Shown: one piece after another, positions 13,101-25,100 of the stretch
Layout of the letters: every line of letters begins with the position of its first letter
Numbering within the stretch: the first letter of the stretch is position 1
Source: Amphiscolops sp. MND2022
Taxonomy: Eukaryota
Assembly: GCA_964187785.1 (NCBI GenBank)
Contig: OZ076409.1
Span: 5,830,001-5,894,000, forward strand
DNA: 64,000 nucleotides
Direction of reading: 5' to 3'
The notes under the pieces: generated by a model
What the model was told of the DNA's origin: nothing
What the model saw: the letters and a program-made list of their open reading frames with translations, nothing else
The model's database searches: none
Position numbers and translations under genes: made by a program

Positions 13101-16100
13101 CATCTATTCACCCTCCCCCCTCTCAAACTGCGGAAATAAGACAGAAGGTTCAAATACCATTATGTCGACATCGTTTGCGTTGAAATTTTGGTCCAATACA
13201 ATAATTGATGTCGCCATAATCCTATTGATTACATTGACTGTCAGTTAAAATCTAATGAGCAACTTTTAATTTGCATTTTTTTCTCAATGAGGCTCTGAAA
13301 TAGGGGCCTTTTTATACGATTTTAGCTGGTTTCAAACGTGAATTTCTACTATTTTGGACAATAATATCAAGAAATTATGGTAATTTGTTTTACATGAAGT
13401 GTCCAAACAGTTGTAGAGACAATCCTCTAGGTATATACATTCAAATAACATTATCTTATTAGTGAATTATTTTTATTCAAGAACAAAATGTGCTTTCGTG
13501 TTGGGGGGAATTCCCAACAAGGTGTACCCCAACAAGGGGTAGATGACATGGTCCCCTGTATTTTTTCAACGTAATTTTACGGATCTTTCTGGGCCTAATC
13601 CAAACTTTGAGCAAGTTTGAGCTCATTCGATATAATTCCCGTTTCTATTATTCATAATGTTCTGAAAGCATTCTGTCATGACTTTGTCATGGAAACACAC
13701 TCTAAAGTAACGTTGAGGAGACAAGAAGATTAACCAATCACGATGACCAGCCAATCACAGGATGACACAACATATGCAATCAACCGCGACGAGGAAGGCG
13801 GACGAGACAGAGATACAGAGAGAGAAGACAGCTTAACTCAGTATAAAACGTTTCACTGAATAACTGATGTAACTTGTAATATTTCTCTTCAACTAATAGA
13901 ACAACTTTATCATCAACAATTTACTTTCTTCACTTTGAGCTGAGTTCTACGAAACAGACCCAAAGCTGAAAATCCGAAATACATCTATAACTGAGTTACA
14001 TAAAATGATTGCTGTAATAAATAGTCTTTGCCGCTCGACTAGACTCGCTGACACATTCAGTCGGCCAATAGCGCCGTCGGCCAATTGACCTAGCACCTTG
14101 ATACGAGCATACATATCATGCTACCTACCTGCAAGGACTGGTGCAGCCCGGCGGCGGTGGCGGGGAAGGGGGGCAAGGGCAGCCCGAGAGCGGCCTGTGC
14201 GGCGGCTGCCTGGGCCACTGCCATCTGCTGGTGCATGTGCAGGTGTAGGTGTGAGTGCTGATGGTGCTGTTGCTGCTGCTGTTGTTGCACGGGAGGGGGC
14301 GCCGCCTGCTGTTGCTGCTGTTGGGCCGCAGCCACCGCAGCTGCCGAGTTCAGGTGGTGCGCAATCCGCGCCTGCGTCGCCAGGTGCTCCTGGATCCTTT
14401 GCTCCTCCTGGAACAAAACAAAAATCATTAGGAAGGGGGTCCCTTTGGTGGAAAAAAGTTTTTGAAAAAGTCTCACAATGCCGAAAAAACTGAAACGGGG
14501 GACCCTTTGGGATCTTTAAACATCCTTTGCTGCTCCTAAAACCACCCACTAACCCATAAATACTCATCAACGCTTTCTCGTGATTCACATTCAGAAGCGA
14601 AAAAATAATTGATTATGATACCAAATGTTGGACCAAATTGGCGCGCCAGGTGGGACCCTTTGAGATTTTTCATCCATTCTGTCGCAAATCATCAAAACAT
14701 TGAAGGGGGACCTTTTGGTGGAAAAAAAGTTTTTGAAAAAAGTCGCACACTGCCGAAAAAACCTAAAGGGGGGACACTGTTTAGTCTCGCCCGGTATTGT
14801 ATGTTCCGCGAAAAAAAAAGGAAAAACCACTTGGTTCAGTTCCTTTTTCCAACAGGTACAATTTGAAATTTTGTAAAACTTTTGGTAGAACTATTTTGGT
14901 CATTTCAGGTGTATCGAAAGAAAACACTGACGAAAAGCCATGACTATTGTATAGTCTTTTCTCTAGAAAAACGCCGACTAAAAATGAACACGGCGCAATG
15001 CAGTAAAACTGGTGTACGTCCAACTCAATCATCTAATCAACAGAAAAAGAGGTGCCCCAAAATGGGTGACCCCGGCAGTGGGCGGCGGCAGTAGCAGTAC
15101 CTGCAAATGACGCATGATGAGCGCGGGGTCCAGGCCAGAGACGTTGAAGCCCGCAGCGGCCGCCGCGTGGGACAGGGCAGCGTTGGGGGTAAGTGCGCCC
15201 CCCGGGGGGTTGCCCATGTTCTGCTGGTTGAGCAGGGCTGCTGTGAGGGCTGCTGCGTGGGCGTGCTGCTCGCTCTGGTGCAACTGGTGGTGCAACGACA
15301 TGGCGGCTGCAGTGCTGGTGGGGATCCCGGCTGCCCCTCCCCCGGGGTGCTGTTGCTGGAGGTTCGCCGTCTCCTTCAGACGCGCAAACAACTCTGCATT
15401 CAGCCGGAAATCGCCTGGAAACAAACAACACATTCTGAGAAGACATTCGCAAAAATTGATGGAAATTAATTTTTACAACTTTTAACGCAAAAATGAATAT
15501 ACCATTAATAAAAAACATGAAAATCCATCATCAAATAATGGCAATCAATGGTTTTCAAAAAATTAAGTTTTTTCACCAGGGCGATTTTTTCATTAGTTTT
15601 TTTTCCGTGATAAGTAGGGTAAAACTAGTTTCGATTAAAATGCAGCTATTAGCCATAGCCACGCTATTGCGTAATTTTTCGTTACTGAAAAATCTTTAAA
15701 AATATCCTAGAAATAAACTACTAATTTCGAAGAAAAAGACATGAACTTGACTAAAATGTACAAATATAAATAATGGAAAGTAACGACATCATTAGAGAAA
15801 TTAATTAATGGAATTTTTAGATATGAAAAATCCATTAATGGAAACCCATTATTGGAAATTAATGTCACAACCATTATTTTTGCGGACCATATGTCTTATT
15901 GTAGACCGACTCCATAAAAGTTCTTTCAAACCGTAAAGAGTATTTGCGAAAATCGAAAAAGTCGAAAATGGCTGTTTTTTGGCCATTTTCGAACTAATTT
16001 TGGCTGTTTCTCACATTCCAGTCATACGAGTTTGATGCCTTTGCACACGCAGGGGCCCCTTTGGGTGTAGAATGACTGTGTAAAATTTTATGAAAATCGT

Positions 16101-19100
16101 ATGGACAGTTTTTGAAAAATTTGAAATTTCCATGAAAGGTCGGGAGGAAAAAAACAAAAAAACGACACGATTGCATAAGTAGTGGAAAATTTTTTCCGAC
16201 TCCTAAAAAACGCAGAACATTCAGTTGATATCGCGAGCGGTTAGAATTGCTTTGTAATTGTCGATTACATCTCCGAACTCTGCCTTTTATCAGTCATGAG
16301 ACCATCATGCATGATACCAGCATAAATTTAGTTACACAATATAGATAGGAACTTGATCTTGTAAATTTGTTCATGACATTCGGCGGTAAGAAACTGCAAT
16401 GCTTCAATAATAACTTTTGAAAGCTTTTAGTGCTCCGTTGATGATCCAATTTTCTATTTTTGTTTGCAAAGGTTGATATTTTGTTGGAACTTTACCTTGT
16501 CCAGCGGCAGCGGCTCGTTCCCTCAGCTGTCTCTCCACAGCGGCCGCCTCTTCGGCCCAGGGGGCACCACCGGCCCCTCCTCCCCCCACAGGGGTGGCCG
16601 AGCCCCCCGCCACACTGCGGGGAACGTGCTGCATCCCCGGGTGAGCGCTTCTGTGACTTGAGGGGGGAATTACTGTGAGTGGAGACGGAAGTTGGGAGCC
16701 CCCACCGGCCGCCGGAATGTTGGGACCACCGGGCAGACCACTGCGCAACCCAGACGGAGTCCTGGAAAAACAAACACTGGATGGAAAAAACCAACACATT
16801 ATGAAGATAGATCATCGTTACTATGATTCTATCAAAAAATCTCCTACGCTAAAATCTAAACCAGAGAATTGTGCTTAGCTCCGTTCACATACCGATAGTG
16901 CCCTGAATGCAGGAGCGAAGCGAGACAGAGCGACGTGACTCATAAAACCAATGTTTTGACTCAAGATTTTATTCGAGAGATTTTAACTAGGATTTTGACC
17001 AAGGAGATTCTAACTCATGAGATTTTGACATGTAACCATATCAGAGAGACCAACTTGATTGATGAATCGCACTCTTGAGTAAAAATTCACACCCGGGTTT
17101 TACTTGAGATGGAAGCAACAACCGAAAACTTCTACCAATAAATAAAACTATTTCTAGTGTATAGTCCGAATACCGAGTAATCCAACCCTTTTTGGTTATA
17201 GTAGTTGTTCCGACACAAGTTGAAATGGAACTTATACAAAACTTGACAGTTCAAATTGAGGCAGCTAGAAAAGCTAAATGAACAAAGACAGTCCAAGTTT
17301 GAGCGTGTTTGAAAACGGGTCCAAAGCGGACTAAAATATTGAAAAAACAAATTACCTATTTTGTCATTTGGTCATTTTTAGTCGGCGCTTCATGGAGTGA
17401 AACGCGACTATTTTAGTGACTCCTTATTAGTCGGCGCTTCATGAAGTGAAACGCGACTATTATAGTGGCTTTTCTTTTTTTTCAATCCACACGAACTGAC
17501 CAAAATAGTTCTTAAAAGTTCTACAAAATATTATTGCACCAAATTGCACTATTTGGTCTAGCGAACTGAACCAAAAGGTTTTTCCTGTTTTCCTGCGTAA
17601 CATACCATACCGGGCGAGACCAAAGGCCCCCCTTTCAATTTTTTTCGGCACTGTGGGATTTTTTTTCTAATGTTTTTTCTCTCCAAAGGGTCCCCCCTTC
17701 AATTTCTTTGATATTTTACAACAGATTGGGTGTTTAAAAATCCCAAAGGGTCCCCCTTTCAGTTTTTTTCGGCACTGTGAGATTTTTTTTCTAATTTTTT
17801 TTTCTCTCCAAAGGGTCCCCCCTTCAATTTCTTTAATATTTTACAACAGATTGGGTGTTTAAAAATCCCAAAGGATCCCCCCTTTCAGTTTTTCGGCATT
17901 GAGACTTTTTTCGAAAATTTGTTTTTTCTCCAAAGGGTCCCCCCTTCAACTGCGACAAAAATGTTGACAATTTCGGAAGTGTCCCCCTTTTAACGCGCCA
18001 GGGACTCGCGCTAGCGGGCCCCGGCGCGCCACTCGGTTCATATTTTTTGCTTTTTCGATTTTCGAGTACTGTAAATTGACACTTGGAAGTCCTTTTGCTA
18101 TTTTTTAGCCTTGGATGTGGCGCCGACTTGGGCCGGTCCCGGCTTGTTGGACTAACTTTGGCTATATTTCTCATATCCCAGTCACATACGATTTTGATGT
18201 CATTGCGCACCCAGGAGAACCTTTGGGTGTAGAATAATGGCTGTACTATGTTTTATAAAAACCATATGGACAGTTTTGAGAAATTTGAAATTTTCATTGA
18301 AAAAGAAGTACGAGTGGAAAAGTAGACGAAATTTTTTCCGACTCCTAAAAATTATATGATTAATTGAGATCGATAAGCCAAAAATGTGAACAAAAATCCC
18401 CGAATGGAACCCCTAGAACAGTTTTGAAGCACCATGTTTCAAAACATACTAACTCTGTTTAGTATTGACACCAGGGATGGGTGATATATATCAAGACTAA
18501 CATGTATTGTGTCTTTTAAGGTAGAAAATGGGCAGAAGACCAGCAGAAATTTGGGACAAACTTGAGCCATCTCGCAAAAAGGCAAAGTTGGTACTAGTGC
18601 ATTTTGTAAAATGCGTCGAAGTTAAATTTTGTTTCAAGGCATTAAAAAACTGTGTGATTGAAATCAGAAAATTATTTTGAAAATATTATTGAAACAAAAA
18701 ATAGTTCATTTTTGAAACGAAACACTGTTTTTATCAAGAAAAATATATATCGAAAATATCATAAATATCATGCAAAAAACACAAAAATATCCGATATTTC
18801 TGATATTAAATTTTTCAAAAAATTTTTGCCAAGCTTGAGTGACAGTGCACAGTGGATGATGCAGCAGCAGTTCACTCACCTAGAGAGAGACAAAGACGAA
18901 TGATGATGAGGGGCGGCTTGATTGGAGGAGGCGGGTGACATCACAACAGGCGAGGAGTTGACCATGCCCATGTGAGACGCAGCACTCACACAAGAGGCTG
19001 AGGAGACGAGGCCGCCGAAAGTTCCCGAGGCCGACTGGGAGACAGGGGTGGTCAGACACCGACTACTGACCAGGTGACCAGACGAGGAGGAGGCAGAGGA

Positions 19101-22100
19101 CACCAACCCCCCGTCCTTGGGAGACGCAGGAATTCTGGGTGAGTCGATATTCTGCACATAAACACACACGTACGTACATGTACTCATTTTACGAAAGAGA
19201 GTTCAAGCATTAAAAGTTCTTATAATCAGGGTCAAAATTATTTCAACTCAAATTTCTGAAAGCTGCAAAAGGCCGCCGCAGCAGCTGCTAGAACCTGACA
19301 GGGAGATGCAAAGAACCTGTCTGAAACTGCGAGCCATTTCCTAAACCCCAATTGAGGAGTGTTTGTTGACGTTGCTTATGACTTTGATGACAACTTTCCT
19401 CGAACCAGATCCGCATGTGCGGTAAAAGAGACGAGTTAGGACTTTTCCTTCTGAATAGTTTGAATCTCACTCATGCGATTGCACATATAAATTTCGCATA
19501 TTAAGCCCTTATACGGTGTAGACAGAATCCATAAAAGTTCTTTCCAATCGTAAAGTCCAAAACTGGCTGTTTTTCGGGATTTTTGGACTAATTTTGGCTA
19601 TGTTTCTCAGATCCCAGTCATACGAGTTTGATGCCATTGCGCACGCAGGAAAACCTTTGGGTGTAGACTGACTGTGCTTAATTTTATAACAACTTTTTAC
19701 CAAAGGGGCCCCCTTCCATTTTGTTGATGTTTTGCAACAGAAATGTTAAAAATCTCGAAGAGAATACTTGACACTATGAAATCCTTCTGCTACTTTTGAG
19801 CCTTAGATATGGCACCGACTTGGGCCGTTCCCGGCTTGTCCAAAATATTAGAAACTAACACTAAAGCTGAAAGGATGTGAAAGTTGAATATGCTCATTAC
19901 AAAATGACCTTTCTTTAGGGTATGACAGCTATTCCGACTCGAATAGCTTCATTCGTACAGAAATCAGCTTTGCACTTCTACGGTTTTCAATATTTTTATA
20001 CACCGGGACCGTTACTGACACTGCAAGAAGGCTCTGCAGCTTGCAGCGATTCGGGCACTATCTCATCATTCAGTTATTAAATTGCCAATTTGAACCCTGG
20101 GCCACCATTCCCGTTGCAGACCAACATAGTTTCGCATCGCACGGTCCCTTAAAAAATTTTCAGATTGAGAATTTCTTTAGACATGATTACCTTTTCTTTT
20201 TTGATATGGACGCCGGTAGTGCTGCTGTTGTTGTTGTGAGAAGTACTTGCACTGTTTGAATGACTACTGCTGCTGTTGGGTTTGGAGTGGAAAGAGGCTC
20301 CGAACAGGGGCTGGCACACGATGTCTGTTCTGGCACAGCTGTTGGTGACAAGAGCAGTGCCAGTCGAGTTGGTGCTGTTAGTCTCTTGGTCAGAGGCGGC
20401 GGCGGAACACCCACGCTTGTTGCCACGGCGCCAGTTTCGCACCAGTTTGAACACCCTGAAACAACACATGCATTGTACATGCATTTGGCTTTCAATTGAT
20501 TCTTTACATTTCTAGTCGGCGCTTTTCCTGAAAAGAGCCGACTATAGTCATGACTTTTCGTCAGTGTTTTTTAAATTTTTTTCAAGACCACCTGAAGTGA
20601 CCAAAATAGTTCTACCAAAAGTTCTACAAAATTTCAAATTTCACCTGTTGGCCCAGGGAACTGAACCAAAAAGGTTTCCCGCGTAACATACAATACCGGT
20701 CGAGACCAAAGGGTCCCCCCTTCAGATTTTTTCGGCACTGTGCGACTTTTTTTCAATTTTTCCACCAAAAGGTCCCCCCTGCAATTTTTTTGGAGTTTTG
20801 CAACAATGGATGTTGAAAAATCCCAAAGGGTCCTCCCTTTCAGTTTTTCGGCATTGTGAGACTTTTTTTCAAAAAAAATCATAAAAGGTTCCAAATTCAC
20901 CAAAACTTTGACATTTTGGAGTCCTTTTGCTGTTTTTGAGCCGTAGATATGGCGCCGACTTGGGCCGGTCCCGGCTTGTTTAAATTCTCATAAATGTTAA
21001 ATTGATCATTTCATTCTGGGTTTCCTTTATCACTTTCGAGACACCTCAGATTAAAAAATTAAAGTTGTATAAAAATTATATAAAACTTTACAAGACTGTT
21101 AGATGATAGAACGTTGACAAAGAAAATGGAATATTTTTTTTGTTTTTGGAATCCGCAACGGAATACTACAATCTTTATCCGAATAGCATTACCTTTGAGG
21201 GATGAATAACAAGAAAAAAATCTTTTTCGGAAGATCAATCACGAGTAGTCCTAAGCAAAAGTACCCTGTAAAAGTCATTTGAAGCTCGAAAAGACACAGT
21301 CCAACATTTTTGATCCAAAACATTTTATATGATGAACAGTTTGAAGTAAATAAATTATCACTTTAACTGGTAGGCAGTCTGGGGAAATATTCCGGTAGTC
21401 TGGGGAAACGCCCAGTATAAAAAACTTGCCACTGTAAGAGTTGGACACTTTTTGAACCAAAATAGCTAAAATTTTCGACCAATCAGATAAGCGCAAACTT
21501 CAGTCGTCGCTTTCGCTTTCGGCGCTTATTCCGTCACTTTCGCTTCTTTTGCGCTTTCGCTTACAAGCGACCTAATTCACTGATAATTGGGATACTGCAG
21601 CACTTAACACTTTGCACATATGATACTAGAGTCCTGTGATAAAAGAATGCAACCCCTAATTAATTATGTTTGGAACACCTAATTTTTCTGCTCATATCTC
21701 TGAAACTATTGATATGCAAGAGAAATGATAAAAGTTTCTCGTAATTTATTCTAGTCTACATTCGTGTTTGTTTGAAAATTGTTTGCAAATATGCCTCATA
21801 TTAGTTTTAAGGCTTCCAAAATAAGAGGAATGTAAACTAGACAAAAATCCAAGAAACTTTTGTTTCTAACATTTTTTGGAAAATTTGACAGTTTTTGAGA
21901 AATTCGCAATCTTAGTAGGCGTTCCCAACTTAATTACCAAACAGGGGTTTCATTCTTTTATCACACGCTTTAACTGCAACTATCAATGGCTTGGAACTCG
22001 ACTGAAAAGAGTACAAATTTAACAACCAGTCAAAAAGAAGCCTCAACAAAATAAGCAGCTTTTGTCGACTGGACTTCTGCGCCAAAATAGCAGCCAGCGG

Positions 22101-25100
22101 CTCAAAATCAGGTGCGTTTCAGCTTTCATTTAATCACACAACATTGTTAGTTCGAAGGAGCTGAAGCTAAAAGCAAACGTGGTGTTTTGCTACAACGCAT
22201 TTTAATAATTCAACTCTATCGTTTCATCTGGTCCAAAATACATTATTCACAACACAACTTGGATTATCGCAAAAAGGTTTCCGAAAACATAGTTGGGAAA
22301 ATTGTTTTGGAAACTTCCCGGAAAAGAGAACCGCAGTATGGGCCAAAAGCATCCAGAGCTTTGATAAATCATCAAAAAACTTTCGATCAGAACACTTTTT
22401 TTTCGTCTTTTTTATCCCAAAATATTCTGATGAAATTTATTTTAAAATACAGAACGAATTATTCCCGCTTTTGTGTATCGTTGCTGCAAGGCTAAGCTAG
22501 ATTATCGTAGCAAAATTGAAAAGAATTTTCGAATAAAAACCCGAGGAACCAAAGTATTCAAATGATCACTCAACTATGTTGCAACTACGAGAGACGCAAG
22601 CGCCGACAATGCCAACCACGGCATCTATATCTTGTGCAGTTTGGGGCCGAAAGGGCTACGGCAAAACGTCAATCCGGGAAAACCTGGAAAAACTGTTTGG
22701 GGAGAAGGGAACGGACAAGCCAGTGCACAGTGGACACAGTTCATCTACACACGGAGGTGAGACACGACACGTTCAACGAATGGAGCAAAATTAGCATAAT
22801 TTATTCCTTGTAGCCTTATTTTCATTTCATGACTTTCACTTTGTTGCACTAGACACTATTTTGTGAGGTATTGATTGATATAACAATCGGAACCAATGCT
22901 GATTTTTACTCGGCGCCGCGATTTTCATCGGGTATATTGATTTCATTTCCTTCCTGCCTTTTTTGTCTTCAAAAGTGAAAATTCGCAATTCACTCGTCCA
23001 GTTTCATGCGCTGGCATGCAGTAAGTCCTGTGTTCGAACCTTGCCAACCCAACAATTTTTTTCTTCAAAAATGAACGTTCTTTTTTATTCGGCGCTTCAT
23101 GAAGTGAAACGCGATTATAATAGTGACTGACAAAAATAGTTCTTCAAAAGTTCTACAAAAAATTATGGTGTCAAATTGAACCATTTCGCCTAGCGAACTG
23201 AACCAAAAAGATTTTTCCTGTTTTTCCGCCTAACATACAGTACGGGCGAGACTAAAGTATCCCCCTTTCAGTTTTTTTCGGCATTGTGAGACTTCGAAAA
23301 AAATTTTAATGTCTCCAAAGGGTCCCACTTCAAATTTTTTGATGTTTTGCAGCAGAATGGATGTTAAAAAATCCTAAAGGGTCCCCCTGGTGCGGCAATT
23401 CGGTCCAATTTCTGGGTTTTTCGGGTACTGTGGAAGAGAATACTTGACACTTGGAAGTCCTTGTACTTTAAAGCCTTAGATATGGCGCCGATTATGCCGT
23501 TCCCGGCTTGTTTGGGGATGAATTTACGTTCATTGCATCGCAAAGTTTCGAGGAAAAAACATCTGCTATTTGCAGGACTCCAAAAACCAGTGAAACCCAA
23601 ATTGAAGAACAAAGTCATGGTGACCTCTAGAGCGTGGTTTGGGCTGACGGCAGACACGATCACCTCATTGGCTAATTCTTATCCAATCACAGTGGAGATG
23701 AAAGAAATGAAGAACAGCTGGTACAGTTTAGAGTCCGAGTACTACTTGAAACAGCTGAAAACAGCGACAGTCATTCTTTACGTCATCGATTCGACTGCTA
23801 GATGGGAACTGCACGAAGAGAGGCCTTTGTTTGAGAAATTTTTGAATATCATTTACGGAAATCAGGTGAGCAATGATTTACCCTGTCTGAGCAAGAGTTT
23901 TGACGAGTCAGTACAGTAAACCCTCGATTATCCGCCACCATCGGTCCAGCGCGAATTATAGCGGATAAGCGAGAGATTTTACTGAAAATAGAAGCCAAAC
24001 ACATGGCGGAGGCGGATAATCGAGGATGGCGGATAATAAAGCGGGACATTTTTTGTCCCGGAAGATTTGTGGCGGATGACCAGTTGGCGGATAATAGAGG
24101 TTTTACTGTACATTTCATCCTATGCAATTTCAACCGTTGCCATTTCAACCGCTCACCATTTCAACCAATAGCATTTTCAACCTTCCGCAATTTCGACCTA
24201 AACTAATTTTGGCTAATGGATCTTAATTAGTTATATAATTATTATAAGCGTTGATACTTCATACATGTATTCAAGAGCGTTTCACTTTGTTCTCCCTTTT
24301 TGCTATAGGGGGGGGGGGGTAGGTATAGTGAAAGAGACCCCAAACTTATACTAAAAGACAGGCCCCATCTTTTCAGACAGGTCCCCCTCTAGCGGTGATT
24401 TTCACCAAGTGCGACGAGGCCCACGCAGAAGCCGACTTCATGGAGGAGTGTTTGGGGCTGACAGAGCGGTCGTGGAAATGCTGGGGCAACATCCCCGACT
24501 ACAGGGTGCTCAAGGTCAGTGATGGTCATTGGACCATGTGTTCTATTCCCCCCTTGTCCCTATCCCCCCCCCAACACGAAAGCACATTTTGTTCTAGAAT
24601 AAAAATATTTCACTGACAAAAGAATGTAATTTTGAAGCACATTTTGTTCTTGAATAAAAATAATTCACTAATAAGAGAATGTTATTTGAATGAATATACT
24701 TAGAGGATTGTCTCGACAACTGTTTTCATGTAAAACAAATTACCATAATTTCTTGATATTATTGTCCAAAATAGCAGAAATTCACGTTTGAAACCAGCTA
24801 AAATCGTATAAAGAGGCCCCTATTTCAGAGCCTCATTGAGAACAAAATGCAAATTAAAAGTTGCTCATTAGATTTTAGCTGACAGTCAATGTAATCAATA
24901 GGATTATGTCGATATCAATAATTGTATTGGACCAAAATTTCAACGCAAACGATGTCGACATAATGGTATTTGAACCTTCTGTCTTATTTCCGCAGTTTGG
25001 GGGGGGGAGGGATGGAATACCCTGTATGGACCATGTCATCTATTCCATCCATACAGTCCATACAGGGTGTTTAGAAATTAAGGTGATACTTTCGAGAGCT

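Noticed and set aside
14098..16878. Plus-strand and alternative-frame ORFs overlapping GC-rich exons
   Set aside because: Shadow ORFs of RERE coding exons
23461..23575. N-terminal part of the 152-aa ORF as the GTPase start
   Set aside because: It derives from the repeat 3' end and intron; the coding exon starts at the acceptor at 23576
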